Below, piece by piece: positions 20,712 to 30,274 of a stretch of 64,000 bases of DNA (its first letter is position 1; each line of letters opens with the position of its first letter). The translations under genes were made by a program, and so were the position numbers. The notes below the pieces were generated by a model that did not search any database, had not been told where the DNA came from, and saw nothing but the letters and a program-made list of their open reading frames with translations. Origin of the DNA: Calditrichia bacterium (GTDB lineage: Bacteria > Calditrichota > Calditrichia > JAJRVZ01); the NCBI GenBank assembly GCA_963796965.1, contig CAWCNS010000004.1, positions 256,001-320,000 of the forward strand, given 5' to 3'.

Positions 20712-20767
20712 ATTCTCCGAATGATCCAAAAGAAAACTCACTTGAATTTGACACAACTATTACAAGA

Positions 20768-23700
20768 ATGTCACAGTTTTACATTCTACCACATCGTTTA
20801 AAAGGAATTATTATGGGACAGATGTTTTATATGTTTAGACAATTATTTTCCCCTATGATATTTGTATTATTAATCAGCGGCGTTTTAGCACAACCCAGGG
20901 ATGGAAAATTATTACGCAGTGAAGTGTGGCAACCTTTTGATGCAAAGAAGGCAAATGGCGATTTTTTTGTATCACCTGTTGGAAATGACAACTGGTCTGG
21001 TACCCTGGCAGAGCCCAATGTGGAAGGTACAGATGGGCCATTTGCGACACTCCATCGCGCCAAAGATGCTGTACGCGAATTGAAATCAGAAGTCTATATG
21101 CCAAAAGGAAAACCGATTGACGCGCTATATGTAGGCACTCCTCATCCCTATGGAAAAGGGAAAGATATTGTCGTCTTCATTCGTGAGGGATACTATACCC
21201 TAAAAGAACCCATATTATTTACACCTGAAGATGGTGGGGAGCGGGTTGAAACCAACCTGCCATCCGGAGCATTTGAATGGCATCACGTTCGCGACAACTA
21301 TGTAACCTACGCCGCCTATCCGGGTGAAAAGCCAATTATCTCAGGGGCGGTTCCGGTTACAAATTGGAAGAAAGAGGGTGATGTCTGGAAAGCTCCCTTT
21401 ATCCGTGGGGATGTCTCCTCTCTTATTGCCGATGGCAAAAAACAGACCTTGGCACGAACACCCAATACAGGTTATTATAAACTTCGAGAAACTCCCGCCA
21501 CAACATCTGAAATGCCCTTTCTCTCCGGGGAAATTAAAAACTGGGTTGATATGGAAGATAATCGTGTAGCAATACTTCTCCGATGGCGAACCGCCTATAA
21601 TTCAATTGTGCGAGTGGATGAAGAAAAAAAAATCGCTTATCTCAAAGAACCGGAGGATGGTCCGAAAGGTTTTAACGGCCTATTGGTTGTTCCCCCGCGC
21701 TTCTATATAGAAAATGTCAAAACGTTTTTAGATGCACCGGGTGAGTGGATTCTTGACAAAGGGAAAAAGGAGATCAGCTATATTCCCATGGATGGTCTAT
21801 CTGATCCCAACACTGTGTCAATCTCAGTACCAAAATTAACTAAAATGATTCAAATAAAAGGTAGCGAAAACAATCCGGTTCGGAATTTGAGGTTTTATGG
21901 ATTAATCTTTGAAGGGGCAAAAGAGAATTTCCGGAATTATCCTCATCATTATGAGCCAACGCCCGGCTGTGTTGCCATAACTTATGAATACGCGCATAAC
22001 TGTGAGTTTGCAGAATCAATCTTGCAGGCATGTGATGGGGTGGGGATGATGATTGGTTTGGGGTGTTATCAAACCCGAATTTTTAAAAATATCTTCGATG
22101 GCTTGGAACAGGGAGCGTTGAGTGTTCACGGTACAGGGGATATGAAAAATGGTAAATTGATACAAATGATAAGGGAAACCAATATCTCATATAATGTTTT
22201 TTCAGGATGTGGATATGGGGGCGGCATTACCCTTCATGTTACCAATACACTCCATACGACTATTTCACACAATTATTTCACAAAGTCAGGACGGCCTTAT
22301 ACACTCAATATCGGTGGTGGTGGGGTAGAAGGAAATTTAAGTGGTGATTACATTATCGAATACAATCACTTTGATGATGTCCAACATGATGCCGATGATG
22401 CCGGGGTCATTGTCGTCAATGGTATGTCCTTTAATTCGGTTGTCAGGAACAACCTTATTCATGGGGTTCATCGTGGATTTTTTAGCGACAATGTCGCCTT
22501 TTGGTACGACAATATGTCTACGGATTGGACGGTTAAAAACAATATCTATTATGATCTTGAACAGGGGGATATGAAAACATGTGGTACCTATTTAACTGAT
22601 AATGACTATTCTGAAAATTTTCTGATTGAAGCACCACAAAATGCCCCCGAGCAATTTATTGAAGGAGATCCTGATTTTTCATACTCAAATCTACGCATCT
22701 TGTTTGAGGAGAAACCTGTTGGAAAAACCCTGAACGCTGGATCTGTGGTTAAAGTAATTGCAGATGTCTATAATAGAGGTAGCTCCGGAGTATCACCAGT
22801 AGCCCTGTATATCAATAGAAAAATAGTTGAAACACAACCTTTTCCGGTTATTAAAAATAATGTTCGCACAGTTGAATTCAATTTACGATTAAGCGATGCC
22901 GGTAATCAGGCAATATCTATAGGCGAAACAGAACCACAAACCATCTCCATAAAAGGAGAAAGACCAACACTCGTATATGATAAAATTCAGGCTTCAGAAG
23001 AAAGAATACTCTTGGGAGAAAGCATTACTGTGACGGCCTTGGCAACAAATCTACAAACCAAAACTATTCAAACATCGATCAAATTATATGCAAATAACAA
23101 GGAAGTAGAGAGCCAAGCGATTGAATTGAAAAGCAATGAATCAAAAAAAGTTTCATTTGAAATAATACCAGATGCGGGTGATTATCTGATTGGGATAGAG
23201 AACAGTGATGTGGTAGCATTGAAGGTGATGAAATATAAAGATTTAAACATGAAAGAGCAGGAATTATCCACCTATATCTCGCCTAAAGCCAAACCTGCAG
23301 ATGTAGAGGTTTTTCAAAAAGATAATAGGTATAAAATACATGCGAGTGGTTGGGATTTTTATCATGCAGAAGATGCCTATGGTACTGTTTATATGAAACA
23401 ACTCAAAGGTGATTTTATTTCAACGGTGAAAATCGTTTCATTTCAACACCGCACGAACCAGTGGTTTAGAGCCGGTCTTTTTGTGCGGGATGATATAAGT
23501 AAGAGTTTCGATGTAGAGAGAGGAAGTAAGGGGTCCGTACTCATGTTCAGTACACCCGGTCGAGCCGGTATTAATTATGATGAGTTTGGTGACGGATGTA
23601 TGCACAAAGCAAACAGCGAAAATTTACCCGAAGACACCCCTACACCTATTTGGATTCGTCTGGAGCGACATGGTAATCGCTTTACCGGATACATAAGCTT

Positions 23701-23851
23701 AGACGGTAAAAACTGGATGATAAAACGTCAGACAAAGGATATACCGGGAATAAAAGAAACCGTTGATCTTGGCCTTGCGGCAGGTTCATCTGATAATGAA
23801 AAATACTATGTGGAGTTTGCGGAGTGGAAGGTGATGGTAGAAGATAAGTAG
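20768..23851 (+). CDS. Secreted right-handed beta-helix protein (GH141-like N-terminus) with Ig/CARDB-like and C-terminal ConA-like domains
   Basis: FFVSPVGNDNWSG...DGPFATL..A; beta-helix repeats; WIRLERHGNRFTGYISLDG. The true start is probably the ATG at 20813 (SD AAAGGA). Confidence 0.75.
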   Translation: MSQFYILPHRLKGIIMGQMFYMFRQLFSPMIFVLLISGVLAQPRDGKLLRSEVWQPFDAKKANGDFFVSPVGNDNWSGTLAEPNVEGTDGPFATLHRAKDAVRELKSEVYMPKGKPIDALYVGTPHPYGKGKDIVVFIREGYYTLKEPILFTPEDGGERVETNLPSGAFEWHHVRDNYVTYAAYPGEKPIISGAVPVTNWKKEGDVWKAPFIRGDVSSLIADGKKQTLARTPNTGYYKLRETPATTSEMPFLSGEIKNWVDMEDNRVAILLRWRTAYNSIVRVDEEKKIAYLKEPEDGPKGFNGLLVVPPRFYIENVKTFLDAPGEWILDKGKKEISYIPMDGLSDPNTVSISVPKLTKMIQIKGSENNPVRNLRFYGLIFEGAKENFRNYPHHYEPTPGCVAITYEYAHNCEFAESILQACDGVGMMIGLGCYQTRIFKNIFDGLEQGALSVHGTGDMKNGKLIQMIRETNISYNVFSGCGYGGGITLHVTNTLHTTISHNYFTKSGRPYTLNIGGGGVEGNLSGDYIIEYNHFDDVQHDADDAGVIVVNGMSFNSVVRNNLIHGVHRGFFSDNVAFWYDNMSTDWTVKNNIYYDLEQGDMKTCGTYLTDNDYSENFLIEAPQNAPEQFIEGDPDFSYSNLRILFEEKPVGKTLNAGSVVKVIADVYNRGSSGVSPVALYINRKIVETQPFPVIKNNVRTVEFNLRLSDAGNQAISIGETEPQTISIKGERPTLVYDKIQASEERILLGESITVTALATNLQTKTIQTSIKLYANNKEVESQAIELKSNESKKVSFEIIPDAGDYLIGIENSDVVALKVMKYKDLNMKEQELSTYISPKAKPADVEVFQKDNRYKIHASGWDFYHAEDAYGTVYMKQLKGDFISTVKIVSFQHRTNQWFRAGLFVRDDISKSFDVERGSKGSVLMFSTPGRAGINYDEFGDGCMHKANSENLPEDTPTPIWIRLERHGNRFTGYISLDGKNWMIKRQTKDIPGIKETVDLGLAAGSSDNEKYYVEFAEWKVMVEDK

Positions 23852-23872
23852 GAAATTGTTTTAAATACATTT

Positions 23873-24557
23873 ATGTCGTTACTTAGAGAAAAAGAAAAGA
23901 AAGCCTGGCATATTACAACGGCAACACATAATTCCAGATATTCGCAGCGCATGTTCGAAAATCATGTAATACTCGGAAAATCTGTTTGGTTATCGGAAAA
24001 AGAAGAACAGATAGTAACAGAAACAATTGCTAATATTGTAAAAGAGGATAATCTGAATATATACGCTTATAATATTTGTGGCGACCATATGCATATACTT
24101 CTGGTGTGCGAAAAGGAAGAGCTTCCGAAAATAGTACAGAAAATAAAAAGTATGACCGCACGTGCTTGTAATATTGCTATGGGGCGTACTATATCCACAA
24201 CAAGGGAGTATACTCCCTTGTCGAAGGAGTGCTGTCCACAGGACGCCTTATCGAAGAGCCTCTATGTCGATAGCGAAAGCGGCGCCTGCCCCCTCGTGGA
24301 AAGAAAAAAAGGGTAGAGGGACTACCCAAGCGCATCTTTGGACACAGAAATTCTATAAAAAAGAAATTACTAGCCCAAAACAATTCTATAATACAATGAA
24401 ATATATCAGGAATAACCGCAACAAACATAAATTGTCTGAAAACAAAAGATTAAAAGATATAATTAAAAGAATGACCACTTACCCGAATACGTTTTCCTCG
24501 GAGAGAATAAAGGCAGATTTGATGGGGGATTTGAATAACTATGGTGGAATCTATTAA
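23873..24557 (+). mobile_element. REP-associated tyrosine transposase (RAYT/Y1 HUH), split by a frameshift at an A7 run
   Basis: WHITTAT, AYNICGDHMHILL (HUH), IVQKIKS; second frame LWTQKF...YIRNN (catalytic Tyr). Frames switch near 24304-24310. Confidence 0.85.
24199..24220. repeat. Perfect 22-bp palindrome inside the RAYT coding sequence
   Basis: ACAAGGGAGTATACTCCCTTGT is its own reverse complement. Confidence 0.85.
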
Positions 24558-24699
24558 ACGGTGTACCATTTGGAATTAGAAAAGACGAACTTTGCGATGA
24601 TAAAAGTAAAACGCGAATTAGCAGTATGTTAACAAATATCCATTAATATATTTTCTAAACTTATTACTACATGACAAAATTAAAAAATCGGAGCTACTA

Positions 24700-26320
24700 A
24701 TGATCCACATAACCCGCCGGAAATTTATCAGCAATCTTGCCCAATCGGCTGTTTTACTAGGTAGTATGGGTCCATTTACAGACAAAATATTTGGCCTGGA
24801 AAATAAAGGATCAATCAGGAAATACCATTTATGTCTTCAACCCGATGCAATAAAAAAATATCCGGAATTGCTCTCATTAATTCGGGAAGCCGGCGTAACG
24901 GATATATGGTTGGGTGGTTTTTTTTACGGCCAGTGGTATCTAACGCCTGATGAGCTAAGGGTAGAGGCCGATAAACTCTTGGGACAGGGATTCCAGCCTC
25001 ATATTATTAATTTACCTTTAGGCCATCCGGGTGCTTCTATTGGTGTTAGCGAAAATAATAACCTCAATACACCTCCTGCACATTGGAAGAATGCCTGTTC
25101 ACTAGATGGCAAATTTTATTCCGGTACTTCAATTCATAAACCTGCAATAAAAGAAAATATCCAGGCTATAAAGGATATCCGTGCGAAGGGTTTTAAAACA
25201 ATTTTTCTGGATGATGATTTTCGTCTCGCCCGTTCACCCGGGCAGATTGGTGGTTGTTATTGTGATGATTGTAAGAATGAATTTTTGAAAGATTTATGGT
25301 TTTAATAAGTCAGACTGGGATCTTCTACTCGATGCGATATCAAACAGAAATCCGACATTTGTTCTCCGACAATGGATCGACTACTCCTGTAATAATCTCT
25401 ATGAGATGTTTGTCAGACTCCAGGCGGCTGCACCGGATGTATCCCTGGGGAATATGATTATGTATCTTGGATCGGAGAAAGCCGGTATTCCTCTGAACCG
25501 TTTTGAGCAAGTTCCGTTTCGGGTGGGGGAATTAATGTTCAATGATAAATCTTTTGATCCCGTAAAAGGGAAAACAAATGAGTTGTTCAGTTCTCTCTTT
25601 CACCGTCGTTTTGCCCAACCCAATCTGGCCTATAGTGAAACTACGGCCTATCCGGCTGATCAATTATCTGCTAAAAATATGGCTGCGAAACTATGTGTTT
25701 CCTTGATTTCTGATGTAAGAAACACCATGTTTATGAGTGGGTTAAAACCGTTTCCAGTTACACATTGGCCTATATTAGGACCGGCAATGAATAAAAGCGC
25801 GCGATTTCATGAAAAAATAGCAGGTCATAGACCGAACGGGCCTTTTAAGCATTTTTGGGGATGGGATAGTCGGTTGGTTGGAAAAGATAATCCCTACAGT
25901 TTATTTCTGGCCATGGGGATACCTTTCGAGGTTGTAGAGGAATTACCAGCCGATGGCTGGGTTTTTCTTTCTGATGAAGATGCCCGTGCCGTTTCAGATG
26001 GCCGACTCCAACCCGTTCGTAGAAATCTTATCGCCCGCCCGCAAAATAAACTGTCTAAGGATAAGATTGATTTAGTGGGGGAAAATCTAGACGATCTGTA
26101 TGCATTTAAAAATAGGATAGTGAAGAATTTGAAAAGTGTCCCCTATGTGGAACAAAATATTCCGGTAGTATTTTCCTGGTACCCTACTGCGAAGGTCGCA
26201 TTGGTCTGGAATTTGACGCAAAAGAGACAAGAATTCACTATCAGATATGATGATCGGGTGATCAACCAGCTATCAATAGAGGCCCTTGATATTGAGTTAA
26301 TAGAAAACTTACATGTGTGA
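24700..26320 (+). CDS. Tat-exported hypothetical glycoside hydrolase-like protein; frameshifted near 25290
   Basis: TRRKFI twin-arginine signal; FLDDDFR; GCYCDDC. ORFs 24700-25305 and 25406-26320 are collinear. Confidence 0.65.
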
Positions 26321-26326
26321 GGGGCA

Positions 26327-26644
26327 ATGACCGAATCAGAGATTCAAACTAAAATTGCTAATAGTAATTTAATCCTAACCTATTTCTCTCAACCGGAATG
26401 TAATGTATGTAAAACACTCCGGCCAAAGATTGAGAAATTAATTACCGGATATCCGATCTTTGAATTTCAATATATCGATACGCAATTATGTTCACTTCTA
26501 CGAGGACAGTATATGATATTTGCTGTGCCAACGATTCTTTTATTTTATCAAGGAAAAGAAGTGAAAAGATGGAGTCGGTACCTTTCCGTGGATGAGATCA
26601 GACATGAACTGGATAGATATCAGACAATGATTAATGGTCAATAA
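26327..26644 (+). CDS. Thioredoxin family protein
   Basis: CNVC CxxC motif; FAVPT cis-Pro loop; 105 aa. Confidence 0.88.
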   Translation: MTESEIQTKIANSNLILTYFSQPECNVCKTLRPKIEKLITGYPIFEFQYIDTQLCSLLRGQYMIFAVPTILLFYQGKEVKRWSRYLSVDEIRHELDRYQTMINGQ

Positions 26645-26695
26645 TTAAATTGAAATATTCATGTTTTAATTAAAAGTGAATATATTTTACGACTC

Positions 26696-26791
26696 TGTCA
26701 TCCTGAAAGGATCTTCCTACATTTTAATCTCAGCTTGTATGATGGACGATTCCTATCCCAAGACGGGATCCCGTTACAGGACGAAATGACA
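26696..26791. repeat. GTCATCCTG...ATGAC-type REP-like element with a nested palindrome
   Basis: tgtcatcctgaaaggatct ... gaaatgaca; internal atcccaagacgggat and acgggatcccgt. Confidence 0.65.
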
Positions 26792-26947
26792 TTAATACTT
26801 TACATAAATATCTGAGTTTTTGTGTGCGATAACATTAATTTCTACTAAAAAATTATAATCACTTCATTAAAAGGATGACTAATCAAAGTAATAAATTGTG
26901 AACAGTGAAAAGTTAATTATAAATATAAAATATAGAGGGGACTAAGA

Positions 26948-27733
26948 ATGGTTAAAGAATGGGATTTGGCGCGAACCAATATGCAGCGTCTCATCAATAA
27001 TAAACCTGAGGTTGCGGTGATTCCGACAGCGGCGATTGAACCGCATAACCGGCACCTTCCCGAAGGACAGGATATGTTACATACCTCATATATTGCAGAT
27101 AAATGTTGTGAGGTTGCCTGGCAAAAAACGAAGAAAGTGATCGGTCTGCCGGCCATTCCCTATGGTGTGGATTGTAATCTGATGGATTTCCCCATGGCCA
27201 TTCATGTCTCTCAGAAAACACTTGATGCTATGCTGACAGACATCATCTCATCCCTCAATCATCATGGTATAAAAAAAGTCGTGATTGTCAATGGCCATGG
27301 CGGCAATGATTTTGCACCGTTGATCAGACAAATTCAGTGTGATCTGGATATGCATGTCTTTCAGTCGGACTGGTGGAAAGCAGGACTTGATCAATACGAT
27401 GCGATCTTTGAATTGCCTGAGGATCATGCCGGCGAATTAGAAACATCGGTTGCTCTTGCCCTTTATCCTGAGTTAGTCGAGATGGAATTTGCCGGTAAGA
27501 TTACGGTTCCACCTTTTCGCTTTGAGGCCCTTCGGGAAGGATGGATCAGAACCAGTCGCGACTTCACAAAATTAAATGATCATTGTGCAACTGGAGAGCC
27601 ATCAAGGGCATCTGTTGAAAAGGGGCAGAAATACCTGGATCTGGTTATTGGTCGGATCAGCAAGTTTCTGGTTGAATTGGCTGAGTCATCTTTGGATGAG
27701 GCATTTCCACATCAACCAGTTTTAAATAAATAG
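26948..27733 (+). CDS. Creatininase family amidohydrolase
   Basis: IEPHNRHLPEGQD, VNGHGGN, DHAGELETS. Confidence 0.92.
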   Translation: MVKEWDLARTNMQRLINNKPEVAVIPTAAIEPHNRHLPEGQDMLHTSYIADKCCEVAWQKTKKVIGLPAIPYGVDCNLMDFPMAIHVSQKTLDAMLTDIISSLNHHGIKKVVIVNGHGGNDFAPLIRQIQCDLDMHVFQSDWWKAGLDQYDAIFELPEDHAGELETSVALALYPELVEMEFAGKITVPPFRFEALREGWIRTSRDFTKLNDHCATGEPSRASVEKGQKYLDLVIGRISKFLVELAESSLDEAFPHQPVLNK

Positions 27734-28098
27734 GTCCACGAATTACACGAATTAGCACGAATTATGATGTGTGTTATATCTGGGATTAGAGCTTACGCCC
27801 TTCAGGGTTTGGATCGTATTTATTACAGATTCACAGGGCGTTGCCCTGTGCTATTGCTCATGCCCTTTCAGGCAATGAAGAGCAATCATGGTCATCCTGG
27901 ATAACGCCGGGAGGCGGATCCTCTCCCGATAATCGGGGTTTATTTCTCCAAAAGAGTCCTTTGGCCAGGATCTATTTTTTTGAACTTTGGAATAGATGCC
28001 GAAATAAATTCGGCATGACGAATACAATGTTTCTTAAGCAGATTCAAATAAAAAAAAGTATTTCATGAAATTCGTCTTAATTAGTGTGATTCGTGGAC
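27734..28098. repeat. Composite nested REP-like element containing three families
   Basis: Outer arms gtccacgaattacacgaattagcacgaatt and aattcgtcttaattagtgtgattcgtggac. Inside are gcccttcaggg...cacagggcgttgccctgtg...gccctttcagg and gtcatcctgg...ccaggatct...atgccgaaataaattcggcatgac. Confidence 0.8.
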
Positions 28099-28121
28099 AA
28101 TAACCATAAGGAGTAATAAAA

Positions 28122-30117
28122 ATGAAAATTTTGAAACAGTTATTCATACCCATTTTAATAATTTTGATAATTGGCGGATGTACCTCTTTTAGTGGTCCGG
28201 CCAAAGATATTGAGTTAATAACACTCTTTGGCGACAATATGGTCTTGCAACGTGATATCGTCCTGCCCATTTGGGGTACTGCCGATGCCGTCGGGAATTG
28301 TTAAAGTTGAGATAAAGGATCAGGTTAAGACAGCAACGGTACAGGATAACGGGAAGTGGAAAGTGTTGTTGGATAAAATGTCGGCTGGTGGGCCTTACGA
28401 GTTGAACATTATTGGAGAAAGCATAATTACTTATAAAAATGTTATGGTTGGTGAGGTCTGGGTCTGCTCAGGACAGTCAAATATGGAAATGGCAGTAGAT
28501 GGATGGGGTAAGGTGGACAATTACGCAGACGAAGTCGCCAATGCCAATTATCCAAACATTCGGTTGTTTCAGGTCGAGCATACGGCAAGCACCCTACCTC
28601 TGGATACAATCAATTGTCCGGGATGGGAAGAATGCAGTCCTAAAACAATTCCGGTGTTTTCAGCGGTGGCCTATTTTTTTGGCCGGAAAATTCACAAGGA
28701 ACTCAATATACCCATAGGTTTAATTCATACTTCATGGGGTGGTACACCGGCTGAGGCCTGGACGAGTGCCGGATCTCTTAAAGAGATGCCTGACTATAAA
28801 GATGAAGTCGAATTCATTCAGGCAACAAAGACAGAACAGCGACAAACAATGGATGAGTATCGGGCAGAATTAAAGAAGTGGGAAGACAGTATCAGACCGG
28901 GAGATGCAGGTTTTGAAAATGGTCAACCCATCTGGCATACTCCGGAATTGGATCTATCTGATTGGAAGGCAATGGAACAACCCACAAGATGGGAAAATGC
29001 CGGTTACCCTAATTTGGATGGTATTATGTGGTTCAGAAAGGAAATCAATCTTCCAAAATCAATGGTGGGTAAAGACTTAATGCTACATCTTGGACCTGTT
29101 AATGACATCGATATTACCTGGTTTAATGGTCATAAAGTCGGGAGTATACGTGATGCGAATATGCCCAGAGATTATAAAATCCCGGCCGCCCATGTAAAAG
29201 CGGGAAAAAATGTCATCGTTGTTAATGTTCAGGATATTGGATATAGTGGTGGTTTATGGGGTAAAACAGAGCAATTGTTTATCGAAAATAATAAAGGTAA
29301 AAAGATATCCCTGGCCGGTGAGTGGTTATGTAAAATCGGTTTTGATACAAAAATTCTGGGACCCAAACCACAATCTCCGGAGGATCCTAACCGACCGACT
29401 GTGCTGTTTAATGCGATGATAAATCCTCTTATACCTTACGCTATACGCGGTGCCATCTGGTATCAGGGTGAAAGTAATGCAGGCAGAGCGTATCAATACC
29501 GCACCCTTTTTCCAACTATGATAAAGGATTGGCGCAGGCATTGGGATCAAGGTGATTTTTACTTCTTTTTTGTTCAGTTGGCAAACTTTAAGCGACTACA
29601 AACCGAACCACAGGACGATGATTGGGCAGAGTTACGTGAAGCGCAATTAATGACGCTTTCCTTACCAAAGACAGGTATGGCTTCTGCAATTGATATAGGT
29701 GATGCAGATGATATACACCCCAAAAACAAACAGGATGTAGGGAAACGGTTGGCTTTGAATGCACTTAATTTAACTTATGGGAAAGACATTGTTTATTCGG
29801 GTCCGATATATAAATCCATGCAAATTGTAGGAAATGAAATCCGTTTGAACTTTGATCATGTTGGTCTGGGGCTGACAGGGAAAAGCGGCAAAGCTTTAAA
29901 AGGATTTGCCATTGCAGGGAAAGATAAAAAATTTGTTTGGGCTAAAGCGAGAATTGATGGCGAGACTATTGTTGTCTCTACAGGAAAAATCAAGAATCCG
30001 GTAGCGGTACGGTATGCCTGGGCGGCTAATCCGATTGGTAATTTATATAATAAGGATGGATTGCCGGCTTCACCCTTTAGGACGGATTCCTGGAAAGGGA
30101 TTACACAAAATAATTAA
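28122..30117 (+). CDS. Sialate O-acetylesterase (SASA/DUF303) lipoprotein with an inserted sugar-binding domain; frameshifted near 28290
   Basis: Lipobox IGGC; LFGDNMVLQRD; GEVWVCSGQSNM; WGGT; WYQGESN; DIHP; VRYAW. Confidence 0.9.
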
Positions 30118-30274
30118 TAGGACTCTCGAATATCCGCCTAAGAATTAGATAGGTATTATGGAAGATTTGATTATCATATTAAATCAATTGTGCTCTTTTA
30201 ATGGTGATATTATCAGTTAATGAGAGTCTTCTGATTCAGTAGGACAAATGACCCAGTCAGAAAGTTAAAAATAC

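Noticed and set aside
24299..24316. A_AAA_AAG-like slippery site in the RAYT gene as a programmed -1 frameshift
   Set aside because: The downstream ORF is in the +1 frame relative to the upstream ORF, not -1. A homopolymer indel is the simpler explanation.
27841..28068. 75-aa ORF between the creatininase and the esterase
   Set aside because: It is made almost entirely of the nested palindromic repeats and is unlikely to be a real gene.
27734..28098. Possible CRISPR array or integron attC sites among the intergenic repeats
   Set aside because: There are no identical direct repeats with regular unique spacers, no cas or integrase gene, and no consistent RYYYAAC/GTTRRRY ends.
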